This document shows positions 47,630 through 56,682 of a stretch of 64,000 nucleotides of DNA, in pieces. Location of the stretch: positions 28,923-92,922 of IMG/VR virus record IMGVR_UViG_3300013901_000011. One strand, 5' to 3'. The first letter of the stretch is position 1. Each line of letters opens with the position of its first letter. Under the pieces are notes generated by a model. The model was not told where the DNA came from. It did no database searches and saw only the letters and a program-made list of their open reading frames with translations. Origin of the DNA: a virus. The position numbers and the translations under genes are program-made.

Positions 47630-48099
47630 ATATTTAAGTCGCGTGAGAAAGATTTGCACTTTCCTAATAGCCTTATCCTCATTCTTTCAGGTTTGCCATT
47701 CTATCATGTTAATCTTAACTAGCCACCAGCTAACACTTCAAGCAATAACCATACTTAAAATTTACTATCCAGCCCTGTCTCAACAGCCCTACCTATTCAC
47801 CTCATCCAAAAGCTAGTCTTAATTTAGAAGCAGAAATAGCTGTGCACGCGATAATGTTTAGTATTTAATGTGCTGTTACGCCAAAAGGGAAATTGTCCTT
47901 ACCAATTACGGGGTGACGCATTTTAACTCTTTACATCCCATCCTTTTACTCTTTTATCTTCAAAAGAAGTTTTTCATACTTTCGGATTTAAAGCCCTACT
48001 CTTTAAAGGATGGCTGCTTTTAAGCCTACCTTTTAAATACTAACAGACTAGAATATGTGCGATTTGAACGCCGCCTCGAGCTCCAGAGAACAATGTCTA

Positions 48100-48870
48100 T
48101 TAAATTTTACTCCATTCTTCATCAGTATACATCTTTATTTCTGTTTTTTTACTAGGTAAATTTTCTGCTTTACACCATTTTCTAATAGCATTATCAGATA
48201 CACCGTATTTTTCTCCTATACTTAAAAAAGATTCATTTCTAATCAAATCTTTCAACTCCTCTCTATTAGGTCTTTCAACAGAACGAGTTGTTTTTGTATA
48301 ACATTCTAAACATAATCCAGATTTAGAACATGAACTAATTTGCTTACCGCAAGAAGAACAATAATAAATTTTTTCTTCTTTCGGTGCAGTTCTTTTTTCA
48401 AAATTTTCTTTTGAAAATATTAGCTCATCAGAATAATTAATTATTTTTTCAATTTCATAATCTTCAGCTTTATTATAATTATTATTACCATTCTGAGGAG
48501 GACTAAAACGTAATGTTTTACTTGTTGAACACTCCTCAACAGGTATTAAATAAACCTGACCTTTATAATAAGTAGCAAAATAATCAATTTGTTCTTTGGT
48601 ATAAAGATGTCTTACTGTTTTTTGAGTGTTTGTTGTTTGAGACATAGTTGTTATCTGAATTGCAGATGTATCATAACCACCCGCAGCTCCTTTTGATTTT
48701 GGATTAGAGCATGATTTACATTGTATTCGTAAAAATTCTCCATTTACATCAGCAACAAAATCATATTTAGCTCCATTACCATAAGGAATAGAAACTTCAT
48801 ATCCCAATTCAATAAATTTTGAAATACATTGCAATTCTACAATATTTCCAATAGATTGCGTATAATTCAT
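48100..48870 (-). CDS. putative homing endonuclease (PD-(D/E)xK-like N-domain plus shared C-terminal DNA-binding module)
   Basis: C-terminal KDLIRNESFLSIGEKYGVSDNAIRKWC is near-identical to the C-terminus of the GIY-YIG endonuclease at 54605-55372; N-terminal YDFVADVNGEFLRIQCK fits D-E-K nuclease core; embedded in tRNA field. Confidence 0.5.
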   Translation of the reverse strand: MNYTQSIGNIVELQCISKFIELGYEVSIPYGNGAKYDFVADVNGEFLRIQCKSCSNPKSKGAAGGYDTSAIQITTMSQTTNTQKTVRHLYTKEQIDYFATYYKGQVYLIPVEECSTSKTLRFSPPQNGNNNYNKAEDYEIEKIINYSDELIFSKENFEKRTAPKEEKIYYCSSCGKQISSCSKSGLCLECYTKTTRSVERPNREELKDLIRNESFLSIGEKYGVSDNAIRKWCKAENLPSKKTEIKMYTDEEWSKI

Positions 48871-49147
48871 AATTCGCTATTCATTTTAATAGATTTGCTT
48901 TCCAAAGCCCGCGTGCTACCATTACACCACATACTCTTTATTGGAGTAGACTATTGCGAACTTGCCGTCTACCATGGCGACTCATTTAATTTATTATCCG
49001 CAGTGACATAACTGTGGAATTGTGTGGGTGCGGTTATGCCTAGGTTCATCCCTTTACCCCGGAGGCTATAGTGCAGGCACCATTTCCTCTGTGTCCCTCA
49101 AACCCTCGTTCGAGTACCGTTCACCGCATTTAATAAAGGTTTTTCAA

Positions 49148-49229
49148 AGCTCGGGGTGGGATTCGAACCCACGAGGGATTTCTCCGGCAGATTACAAATC
49201 TGCTACCATCGCCGCTAGGTGACCCGAGC
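49148..49229 (-). tRNA. tRNA with anticodon TGT (Thr-like) but a 14-nt variable arm
   Basis: Acceptor GCTCGGG/CCCGAGC, anticodon stem-loop GCAGA TTTGTAA TCTGC, variable region CGGAGAAATCCCTC, T-arm GTGGGTTCGAATCCCAC. Confidence 0.55.
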
Positions 49230-49247
49230 AAAAATTAAGGCGAGTTT

Positions 49248-49268
49248 CCTCGCCTAATAAAAACTTTT
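49248..49268 (-). terminator. hairpin GGCGAG-GAAA-CTCGCC with T-run, immediately 5' of tRNA 49148-49229
   Basis: Minus strand GGCGAGGAAACTCGCC-TTAATTTTTG. Confidence 0.4.
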
Positions 49269-50152
49269 AGGCTGAGATTATTGACCTACTTTTATTAGCT
49301 TTGCTTACCGTTGGAAGTAAGTAATCACACGGAAGATTAATCCGTAGCTAATAGCGACACCAGTTTCAGTGGCTCCTGGCAAACTCTTACTACATAGTAT
49401 CATAAATTTCCTTTCGGCACATTCTTCCTTGCGGGATTCAGAGATTGCGGTCTCTTAGAGTTGCACTTAATCGTACTTTTTCACATCTCACCTTGCGAGT
49501 TAAATGCGTGTCCATATTACAGAACAATAAGTCGCTTTTCTCTATGTAGTCATGCACACTTTTGCTGTATAAGTAAATGTTTATCTTTATCTTCTCATAT
49601 AATATTGAAGAAAATATCGGTCTTTTCCGAACAAATCCCCAATGCATCCATGTACATATATTTTTGGATTACGAGGTACACATTTGAGCATCTATACCTT
49701 TTGAGTACAGCCCACTCATCGCAACCCTGCTCGTCTTGCTATCGACTCACTTTAGGCTATTCCAACTATCTTTCGATTTAAGTCAGAAATGACTAATTAA
49801 TATAGCACTTGCTCTTGCGGAACTCGCACCATACAACAACCTTACTATCCACCCATTTCTGAGTTTATGTATAGCACCTTTCACATGATACCCGACCAAC
49901 CATTGTCCTCAGCGGACGCCCCAAGACTTTAGGTTGGAACGTTAGTAAGTATTGGCTTTCCATTACCCCTCTTTAGGAGGAGGCATTTTCATGCTTTATA
50001 CGTGTCACCACGTTTATTTAACGACTTGAAGCCAGCCGATTGGTTTTTTAGACGTTTTCATCGAAGCTATTGCGGCTTTGGATAACCAATAATCCAGATT
50101 CTAAGATGAGGGAATCGAACCCTCAATGACTTTACGCCAACACCAGTCTTAA

Positions 50153-50503
50153 TCATTCATAATCAACTTTATCATACATAGGAGCATAACTCTTAACATG
50201 ATTATGAGTTAAAGTTCCTAATAACATTTCATTATCATTTTCTTCTAAAATATAAATATAAGCTTTGTCTGTTGTAATTGCTTGCCTACCCTTTGGGGCA
50301 GTAAGTAATTTTGCACATTTTTCAACTCTACTCATATCAACAGTATTTACTTCCATGCGTCCACCGCCCGCAACTATTACAAAAATAGGTTTATTATTTT
50401 TGAATTTGGGCTTAGCATCAAGAATTTTTCCTGACCACTTTATGCTATATTCCTCATGGATGTCTGTTACTATAAGATGTGTCTTTACTAAAACTTCAGC
50501 CAT
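50153..50503 (-). CDS. hypothetical protein
   Basis: 116-aa ORF inside tRNA field. Confidence 0.3.
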   Translation of the reverse strand: MAEVLVKTHLIVTDIHEEYSIKWSGKILDAKPKFKNNKPIFVIVAGGGRMEVNTVDMSRVEKCAKLLTAPKGRQAITTDKAYIYILEENDNEMLLGTLTHNHVKSYAPMYDKVDYE

Positions 50504-50707
50504 TTATTTCTCCTTTAATGAATTAAAGAAATTTACTATATCACTACTAACCTGTCTAATCTCAATGTTTTTACCTCTTGGTGCAGATTTAGATTTATGA
50601 AAAGGATGCTGTTCTTTCCAACAACTTAAAAAATGCTTTTGAAGTATTTCTTCCTTTTCAAATTTTTTATTACAAGTTGGACAAATATACATATCTCTTC
50701 TCCTCAT
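50504..50707 (-). CDS. small C2H2-type zinc-finger protein
   Basis: CPTCNKKFEKEEILQKHFLSC C-x2-C-x12-H-x4-C pattern. Confidence 0.3.
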   Translation of the reverse strand: MRRRDMYICPTCNKKFEKEEILQKHFLSCWKEQHPFHKSKSAPRGKNIEIRQVSSDIVNFFNSLKEK

Positions 50708-50919
50708 TAAAAGCGGTTAAACCTAATGATGGCACATTAAGCCAACCTAGCTTTAGGTGACAGCCACCTCTGGTGTGCCCTTAGCTTACAAGGACTCATG
50801 CTTCCTGTTGTTTAACGAGGCTATAGCACAAATCAACCTCGGAAATTTTTACGAGTTTAACCTCGGGAAAATCCCGTCCTGCCATAGACACCAAGCCATT
50901 TCCAAAACTTGGCTTTGAA

Positions 50920-51049
50920 CTGGGGTAGCTGGATTCGAACCAGCGTAATGCAGGAGTCATAGAGAATGGAGAGTCTTGAACTCACATCTTAGGTCTTACG
51001 TTTAAACGACATTCCCAAGTCCTGTGCCTTACCGCTTGGCGATACCCCA
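50920..51049 (-). tRNA. tRNA-Pro (TGG)-like gene with ~57-nt insertion in anticodon loop (putative intron)
   Basis: 5' part TGGGGTA-TC-GCC..GGC-A-CAGGA-CTTGGG, then 57 nt, then C-TCCTG, T-arm GCTGGTTCGAATCCAGC, acceptor TACCCCA; total 130 nt. Confidence 0.45.
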
Positions 51050-51269
51050 ATATTCTGAAGCATGAGACTTACCTAGAACGTTCTCTTACAGACAAGCTTC
51101 TGTGCCATCCCCGCGTGTTTCCAGTTTTTGTTGAGTCATGCGGCAGACATACACGGTTTCAAGCCAGGACTCTAATCATTTCGAGATACATTCTGGGTGT
51201 TTGATTAAAAGTCAAATCCAAAATTATTTGCTGTATGTATCTCTTTATATTATATAATTATTATATAAT

Positions 51270-51300
51270 ATTTTAATTTAAAAATCAATTAAAATATTAA
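51270..51300 (-). promoter_or_regulatory. conserved phage promoter directly upstream of insertion-containing tRNA at 51302-51439
   Basis: Plus strand ttaatttaaaaatcaattaaaat, reverse complement TTGATTTTTAAATTAA. Confidence 0.45.
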
Positions 51301-51301
51301 A

Positions 51302-51439
51302 CTGGGGATGTGGGACTCGAACCCACGACACAGCGGTTAATCAGAAGATAAGACTTGAACTTAAATTTCTTCAAAATGAAGCGTATTACTTATACTACTT
51401 CCGCACAGCCGCTTGCTCTACCTACTGAGCTAAACCCCA
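51302..51439 (-). tRNA. tRNA (anticodon region CTGTG, His-like GTG) with ~65-nt insertion in anticodon loop (putative intron)
   Basis: Canonical 5' half TGGGGTT-TA-GCTC-AGTAGGTA-GAGC-A-AGCGG, 72 nt, then CCGCT-GTGTC-GTGGGTTCGAGTCCCAC-ATCCCCA; promoter motif directly upstream at 51275-51300. Confidence 0.45.
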
Positions 51440-51692
51440 ATAAACAAGGTGCATATTTTTATTAAAATTATTTGATTTACAATCAAAGCATTTTCTTAAT
51501 ATCGAATTTATCGAAATATTGCTGTTACGCACCTTTATTTTTATTACATATTTATTATACAATATTTTTTATAAAAAATCAATTTAAGATTTTAGGGTTA
51601 CAGCTAAGTTTTTTATGTGGTTGCTTATCCCACTATTTTTGTCCCTATTCTTATTTTCTTCAAATCTTAAATTTATTATACAATAAATTTAT

Positions 51693-52601
51693 TTAAAAAT
51701 CAAATACTTCCTTTAACTTTTTAGCACGAGTCGGCTGACGAAGTTTTTGCAATGCTTTTGCTTCAATCTGTCGAATACGTTCTTTAGTTAAATCATAAAT
51801 CTTTCCAACTTCTTCAAGAGTCTGCGGTTTACCTGTTTTTAATCCAAAACGATAACGAAGAATATCTCCCTCACGCTCCGGAAGTGTATCAAGAATTTTC
51901 TCAATAATGTTCTGTCTTTCAACTTCAAGATAAGCAGTTGCCGGATTCACACAAGTTGTATCTTCAATAAGAGAAGCAACTGTTGCATCATCATCACTAT
52001 CTCCAAGAGACATATCAAGACTGCCAATATCCGCAGAATATTCCAAAAGCTCTCTAACCTCAGAAACTTTCATATCCATTTCTTTAGCGATTTCCGCAGG
52101 TTTCGGGTCTCTACCAAGCTTCATAGATAATTCTCGCTCAGTTTTCTTTACTTTGCTAATGGATTCAACAATATGTGCGGGAATACGAATTGTTCTACTC
52201 TGGTCAGAAATAGCTCGTGTAATCGCCTGTTTAACCCACCAAGTTCCATATGTTGAAAAACGATAACCTTTTGTGTAATCAAATTTTTCAACAGCTTTCA
52301 TTAAGCCAACATTTCCTTCCTGAATTAAATCAAGAAAAGGAATGCCGCATCCAATATAATGCTTTGCCACAGAAATTACAAGACGTAAATTTGCATTTAC
52401 AAATTCATTTCTTGCTTCCATATCTCCTTCCTGGACTCTTTTGGCTAATTCAAGCTCTCTTTCTTCGGTTAAAAGAGGGTATTTACTTACCTCTTTCATA
52501 TACATTTTTATACTGTTATCACTAATAACAACCTCTTTCTCATTTTTGATTTCTTTTTCTTCATCGTTATTCTCTTCTACAAAATTCTCTAAATCGGTCA
52601 A
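51693..52601 (-). CDS. sigma-70 family RNA polymerase sigma factor
   Basis: Region 2 [41 protein letters not shown], region 4 [27 protein letters not shown], region 1.2-like [15 protein letters not shown]. Confidence 0.8.
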   Translation of the reverse strand: MTDLENFVEENNDEEKEIKNEKEVVISDNSIKMYMKEVSKYPLLTEERELELAKRVQEGDMEARNEFVNANLRLVISVAKHYIGCGIPFLDLIQEGNVGLMKAVEKFDYTKGYRFSTYGTWWVKQAITRAISDQSRTIRIPAHIVESISKVKKTERELSMKLGRDPKPAEIAKEMDMKVSEVRELLEYSADIGSLDMSLGDSDDDATVASLIEDTTCVNPATAYLEVERQNIIEKILDTLPEREGDILRYRFGLKTGKPQTLEEVGKIYDLTKERIRQIEAKALQKLRQPTRAKKLKEVFDF

Positions 52602-52604
52602 TAA

Positions 52605-52672
52605 TTTTTCCTCTCTTTCTTAACTTTGTAAAATTATTATAACATTTTAAAAATAAAAAATCAATAAAGTAA
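52605..52672 (-). promoter_or_regulatory. conserved phage promoter plus leader upstream of sigma factor gene
   Basis: Plus strand tctttcttaactttgtaaaattattataacattttaaaaataaaaaatcaataaag. Confidence 0.5.
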
Positions 52673-52781
52673 TTATAACTCGGCGGGAAATTCCGTGCCT
52701 ATCCCATACGTTAAATTTATTTTCCATTTTGCCTGTAACCTAAATTTACCTTTCACGCTACAACTACTTTATTGAATTAAG

Positions 52782-52854
52782 TGCACCAGGCGGGACTTGA
52801 ACCCGCGGTACCTTGATTAAAAGTCAAGTGCATTAGCCACTGTGCTACTGGCGC
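52782..52854 (-). tRNA. tRNA-Lys (TTT)
   Basis: Acceptor GCGCCAG/CTGGTGC, anticodon stem-loop CTTGA CTTTTAA TCAAG, T-arm GCGGGTTCAAGTCCCGC. Confidence 0.75.
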
Positions 52855-52957
52855 AAATTGCGGATGACGAAACCGCAAGAACCATATGTTGTCATCATTT
52901 GGTGCGAGCCTAGCCAAATACATGGCAGACGAAATTAATTTCGTTTAAGACTCTAAG

Positions 52958-53030
52958 GGTGACCGACGGGGCTTGAACCCGCATAGGGCGGAACCACAAT
53001 CCGCTGCATAGCCATTTCTGCCACAGCCAC
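52958..53030 (-). tRNA. tRNA-His (GTG)
   Basis: Acceptor GTGGCTG/CGGTCAC (two G-U), anticodon stem-loop GCGGA TTGTGGT TCCGC, T-arm GCGGGTTCAAGCCCCGT. Confidence 0.65.
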
Positions 53031-53231
53031 AATAGATTTTGAGGAATTGCACCTCGCTTATTCTCGTAAGAAATAAGGACAACCTATCTTATGTTGTCTA
53101 AAATCTATGACAGTCCAGTTTCTGTCTGTATGCCCCACATTGCCTTCCTTTATTAATATTAGATTTGGCGGAAGACGTGCAAACATACTTTTATCATATC
53201 CTAACCGGTATTGGGTATGAATACTGTTAAA

Positions 53232-53303
53232 CGAGCCTGCGGGGAGTTGAACCCCGGCTTCCGGAGAGACAGTCCGGCACACTAGCCGCTATGTTACAAG
53301 CCC
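53232..53303 (-). tRNA. tRNA-Asp (GTC)
   Basis: Acceptor GGGCTTG/CAGGCTC, anticodon stem-loop CCGGA CTGTCTC TCCGG, T-arm CGGGGTTCAACTCCCCG. Confidence 0.7.
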
Positions 53304-53416
53304 TTAACAAGACAGGTTTTAATTTCGCACTTAAAATCCCCTATTTTACGCTGTAATTATAATTTGAAATTTTGCAGTTCCTGTCTTTAATTTATATATT
53401 TATTATATAATATTTT

Positions 53417-53785
53417 TTAAATATTATCAATTAAATTATTTAGATACTCACTATTAAGAAGAATACCTTCCAAATAGACATCCACAAGGTCTAAATCATC
53501 AAAATCAATCTCCTCACTTCCAAACTCATATTCCTGCTCCTGGTTTTCAAGTTCATTGATTTTAAGTAAATCAGAATGCTTCCAATTTCTTTTAGCATAA
53601 TATCTACTCTTGCGGTTTTTGCTCTTAATGGAACACATAGGACAAGAGCAATGAATCTTTCCTTTAGAATAACATCCATCATGGTCATAATAATCCCAAC
53701 CATATTCTTTCTGACATATTCTTTTCTTTCTGCGGATATGCTTTGCTCGCTGTCTGCGATAGTAAGCTCTATCTCTATTAGCCAA
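53417..53785 (-). CDS. hypothetical Cys-rich protein
   Basis: 122-aa ORF; CYSKGKIHCSCPMCS. Confidence 0.3.
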   Translation of the reverse strand: MANRDRAYYRRQRAKHIRRKKRICQKEYGWDYYDHDGCYSKGKIHCSCPMCSIKSKNRKSRYYAKRNWKHSDLLKINELENQEQEYEFGSEEIDFDDLDLVDVYLEGILLNSEYLNNLIDNI

Positions 53786-53820
53786 AATACATCACTCCTT
53801 ACCTTTTAAATTGTATCCAA

Positions 53821-53904
53821 TGGGAGTAGAGGGAATCGAACCCACTCGGTGCCAAAGCCACGAGATTTACAGTCTCGCCGAACTCCTTAGTCGTCTACAC
53901 TCCC
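53821..53904 (-). tRNA. tRNA-Tyr (GTA), second copy, long variable arm
   Basis: Acceptor GGGAGTG/TACTCCC, anticodon stem-loop CGAGA CTGTAAA TCTCG, long variable arm, T-loop TTCGATT. Confidence 0.6.
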
Positions 53905-54217
53905 GCAAACATATTAAGTTGGACAGCTATCCTTCAGAAGACGATGCTTCTGGAGCCTTAATAACACCCCAAGTAGTTTACCATCTCTACAAACTACCAA
54001 AGTAATAGAACAATTTTCTCGTTTTGTTCAGTAACGTCAGACTTTTCAGCTACGAGGTATCTGAAACATACCCTTCATTACATTCATCCCAAGTGAGGAT
54101 TTATGCCCTCGACTTAAAGATATAGTCTGTGTACTTTAGACTGCCATTTACTTCACCCACTAAATGGTCAAAACGCAACCGGGGCCTTGGGCGCTACCCA
54201 CGCATACCAGTTGAAAA

Positions 54218-54288
54218 CACGCCCTCAAGGAGTCGAACCCTGATTAACCGGGTTGGAGCCGGTTGTAATACCATTATACCAAAGGCGT
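54218..54288 (-). tRNA. tRNA-Trp (CCA)
   Basis: Acceptor ACGCCTT/AGGGCGT, anticodon stem-loop ACCGG CTCCAAC CCGGT, T-arm CAGGGTTCGACTCCTTG. Confidence 0.7.
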
Positions 54289-54530
54289 AAACATGACAGA
54301 CACCACACTCTCTGCCACTCTCATACTTAGCAATGAGTTTCCTGCAACGTGGAAGCTATACTCACTTTTTCTCAAGCTAAAGAAGTACAAGTAAAAAGCT
54401 ACATTTACCTACATTCAGGTGTAGTTCCCTCTTCAACTACAAAGCCAGGTCATATAAAATGTATAGACCAAACATTCTGTGCCAAGTAATCTAAAGCGCG
54501 CACTCAACTTACTACGACACATAATTGCTA

Positions 54531-54606
54531 CGCCGAGGAGTTGAACCTCGTTCACCGAGCTTATGAGGCTCAGTTAGATTCCGACCTACCGCCAGCTTTA
54601 TAAATT
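54531..54606 (-). repeat. 76-bp exact direct repeat copy 2 (tRNA-Met-like), abutting stop of GIY-YIG endonuclease gene
   Basis: Identical to 45631-45706. Confidence 0.6.
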
Positions 54607-55372
54607 AAATATCTACCCAAGAAGCATCAGAATATTGCTTAATTTCTTTTTTTGTCCTAGGTAAATTATAAAAATCACACCATTTTCTTATTGCATTATC
54701 TGATACACCAAATTCTTCACCTATTTTTACAAAAGATTGACTACGAATTTTTTCTTTTAATTCTTCTCTTGAAATAATAGAAATACGACTATTATTTTTT
54801 CTACGTTTTTGTTCGCATTCTAAACAACGTTTACTATTTTTATAAACTTCTTTTCCACAATCTACACAATAATAAATTTTTTTATTTCTACTATCATATT
54901 TAGTTAAATGTAAAGGATAAGTTAAATTAGAATTAACCCAAGTTCTTCCAGCATTAATACTTTGAATTGTATCAGGAGAAACATTATACTTTAATGCAAG
55001 TTCTTTATGAGAAACAACACTTTCAGTATCTTTTACTAAAATTTGTTGAATTTCTTGAACTTGATTATATGTTAATTTTCCATGAACTTGATAATCTCCT
55101 CCTGAAGTTTGATTATATTCAGGTTTTAACTTATTAATCCAATAATTTTCTCTTTCATTTAAATCATCAGTACTACATTCTTCAATAACTTCAAAAGTAA
55201 AATTTTGTATACCATATTTACGAAAAGCTCTACTTAATGGATAATTATAACTTTTACTAGTTACATCACTTGAAGCACTTTTTTCATTGTTCCAACGTCT
55301 TTTAATGTTTTTGCTTTGTCCAATATAGCTATGATGATTAATATTATTTGTAATTTTATAAATTCCAATCAT
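54605..55372 (-). CDS. GIY-YIG homing endonuclease
   Basis: N-terminal MIGIYKITNNINHHSYIGQSKNIKRRWNNE GIY-YIG motifs; C-terminal DNA-binding module shared with 48100-48870 protein; stop abuts the 76-bp tRNA-Met-like repeat. Confidence 0.7.
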   Translation of the reverse strand: MIGIYKITNNINHHSYIGQSKNIKRRWNNEKSASSDVTSKSYNYPLSRAFRKYGIQNFTFEVIEECSTDDLNERENYWINKLKPEYNQTSGGDYQVHGKLTYNQVQEIQQILVKDTESVVSHKELALKYNVSPDTIQSINAGRTWVNSNLTYPLHLTKYDSRNKKIYYCVDCGKEVYKNSKRCLECEQKRRKNNSRISIISREELKEKIRSQSFVKIGEEFGVSDNAIRKWCDFYNLPRTKKEIKQYSDASWVDI

Positions 55373-55596
55373 ATTTCTTCCCCCATATTTTATCTGATAT
55401 TATATATCAAAAATATATGAGAATTATTCATAACTTTTGACCAAAGGTTCGAAACATTACTCTTTCCCGCACCATTTACAAGACACTTTTAAATAACCAA
55501 TATACTTTTTGAGAGTTATTAAATAAGTTTTGCTGAAAAGTGTCTTTTTATTTATTTTGTATATTTATTATACATTAATTTTAATAAAAAATCAAT

Positions 55597-55917
55597 TTAA
55601 GTTTTTACTCTAAGTATAAATGGTACTGTTCTTTTCTTGCTGAAATACTTATTCGATTTTGGATATCGAAAATCAATTCTATACTTTCTATTTGGACGAA
55701 CATTTGAAAATCTCTTTAAAAAAATAAATTCTTTTTTATGAGAAGTTTCATGTGTTGCCTGATAATCTAACCAATCAAGAATATCCTGACCAGTAATGGG
55801 AGTAATATAACTTAAAATATTTTTCATTTTCTTTTCTCCATAAACACAAGACATTTGTAAAGGTTTTGTTTTTACGGTTACTAAACTCTTTACTCTAAAC
55901 CTACCGACGTTCATCAT
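55597..55917 (-). CDS. hypothetical protein
   Basis: 106-aa ORF with promoter motif at 55995-56015. Confidence 0.3.
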   Translation of the reverse strand: MMNVGRFRVKSLVTVKTKPLQMSCVYGEKKMKNILSYITPITGQDILDWLDYQATHETSHKKEFIFLKRFSNVRPNRKYRIDFRYPKSNKYFSKKRTVPFILRVKT

Positions 55918-56020
55918 ACCAAAAATGATAACCTTTTTCTTGTTAGAAAATATTTGCTGTTTAAATGTCTTTATTTATTTTGTATATTTATTATATATTA
56001 TTTTTTATAAAAAATCAATG

Positions 56021-56362
56021 TTAAGAAAATGACCAGCCATTTCTTTTAATAATTCTTATCATGTTTTCTCTTCCAACAGGATTCATAGAATGAACATGAA
56101 AATTAGCATCAATTCTCCATCCTTCTGCCTGTTGTTTTCTTTCAAGCCACTCTAAGAACTTTATATAATCTCCTCCAAAAGACCGCATATCTCCCGCATC
56201 ATGGTCAAGATTTACGTCACCGAGATATAAACACATTTTACCAGAAGCGGAAAGATAACTTTCTTCAACGCAAGCAACAATCGCCGCAGTTACAGTCTTA
56301 ATCCAAATATAACCTTCTGGAGCAGGTCTCACATCATCAATCCAAAGATTCATACTCTCCAT
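56021..56362 (-). CDS. hypothetical protein
   Basis: 113-aa ORF. Confidence 0.3.
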   Translation of the reverse strand: MESMNLWIDDVRPAPEGYIWIKTVTAAIVACVEESYLSASGKMCLYLGDVNLDHDAGDMRSFGGDYIKFLEWLERKQQAEGWRIDANFHVHSMNPVGRENMIRIIKRNGWSFS

Positions 56363-56606
56363 CTTCTTTCATAACCTTTCTTACACCAACACCGATAAGA
56401 TAACGTTCCCATTTTTCTGGATGCCCTGTGCTTCCCACTAAAGTATTAAGCATTTCTGGAGTATATAACCCTAAATCTCCAGGAGGATTAGTACTAAATA
56501 TATCCGCCGCCTCTTTAACTGCGGCTCTCAGCATTCTCACCTTTTTCTCTAAATGAAGAATTTGAGTGTATAAAATTTCTTCTTTTGTACTACTTAATTC
56601 ACTCAT
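56337..56606 (-). CDS. hypothetical protein
   Basis: 89-aa ORF with promoter/leader at 56615-56670. Confidence 0.3.
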   Translation of the reverse strand: MSELSSTKEEILYTQILHLEKKVRMLRAAVKEAADIFSTNPPGDLGLYTPEMLNTLVGSTGHPEKWERYLIGVGVRKVMKEDGEYESLD

Positions 56607-56611
56607 TTTAT

Positions 56612-56670
56612 TTTTCTTCCTCTCTTAACTTTCTATAAATATTATATTATAATTTTTATAAAAAATCAAT
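56612..56670 (-). promoter_or_regulatory. conserved phage promoter plus leader
   Basis: Minus strand TTGATTTTTTATAAAAATTATAATATAATATTTATAGAAAGTTAAGAGAGGAAG. Confidence 0.5.
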
Positions 56671-56682
56671 TAGGGATAAAGG

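Noticed and set aside
47604-47816. Plus ORF in region 3' of the homing endonuclease gene
   Set aside because: Begins inside tRNA-Leu(TAA). No translation signals.
49022-49222. Plus-strand ORF ...GWDSNPRGISPADYKS...
   Set aside because: Overlaps tRNA 49148-49229. GWDSNP is a translated T-arm.
49438-49781. ORFs 49438-49647 (minus) and 49461-49781 (plus) in the 830-bp non-coding stretch
   Set aside because: Mutually overlapping, with no promoter motif or RBS and low-complexity translations. Region reported as candidate ncRNA or spacer instead.
53058-53282. Minus ORF of 74 aa
   Set aside because: Overlaps tRNA-Asp (53232-53303) and has no promoter or RBS.
53491-53703. Minus ORF nested within 53417-53785
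   Set aside because: Alternate frame of the same locus. The longer frame was kept.
53811-54005. Plus-strand ORF MYPMGVEGIEPTRCQ...
   Set aside because: Overlaps tRNA-Tyr copy 2 (53821-53904). GIEPT is a translated T-loop.
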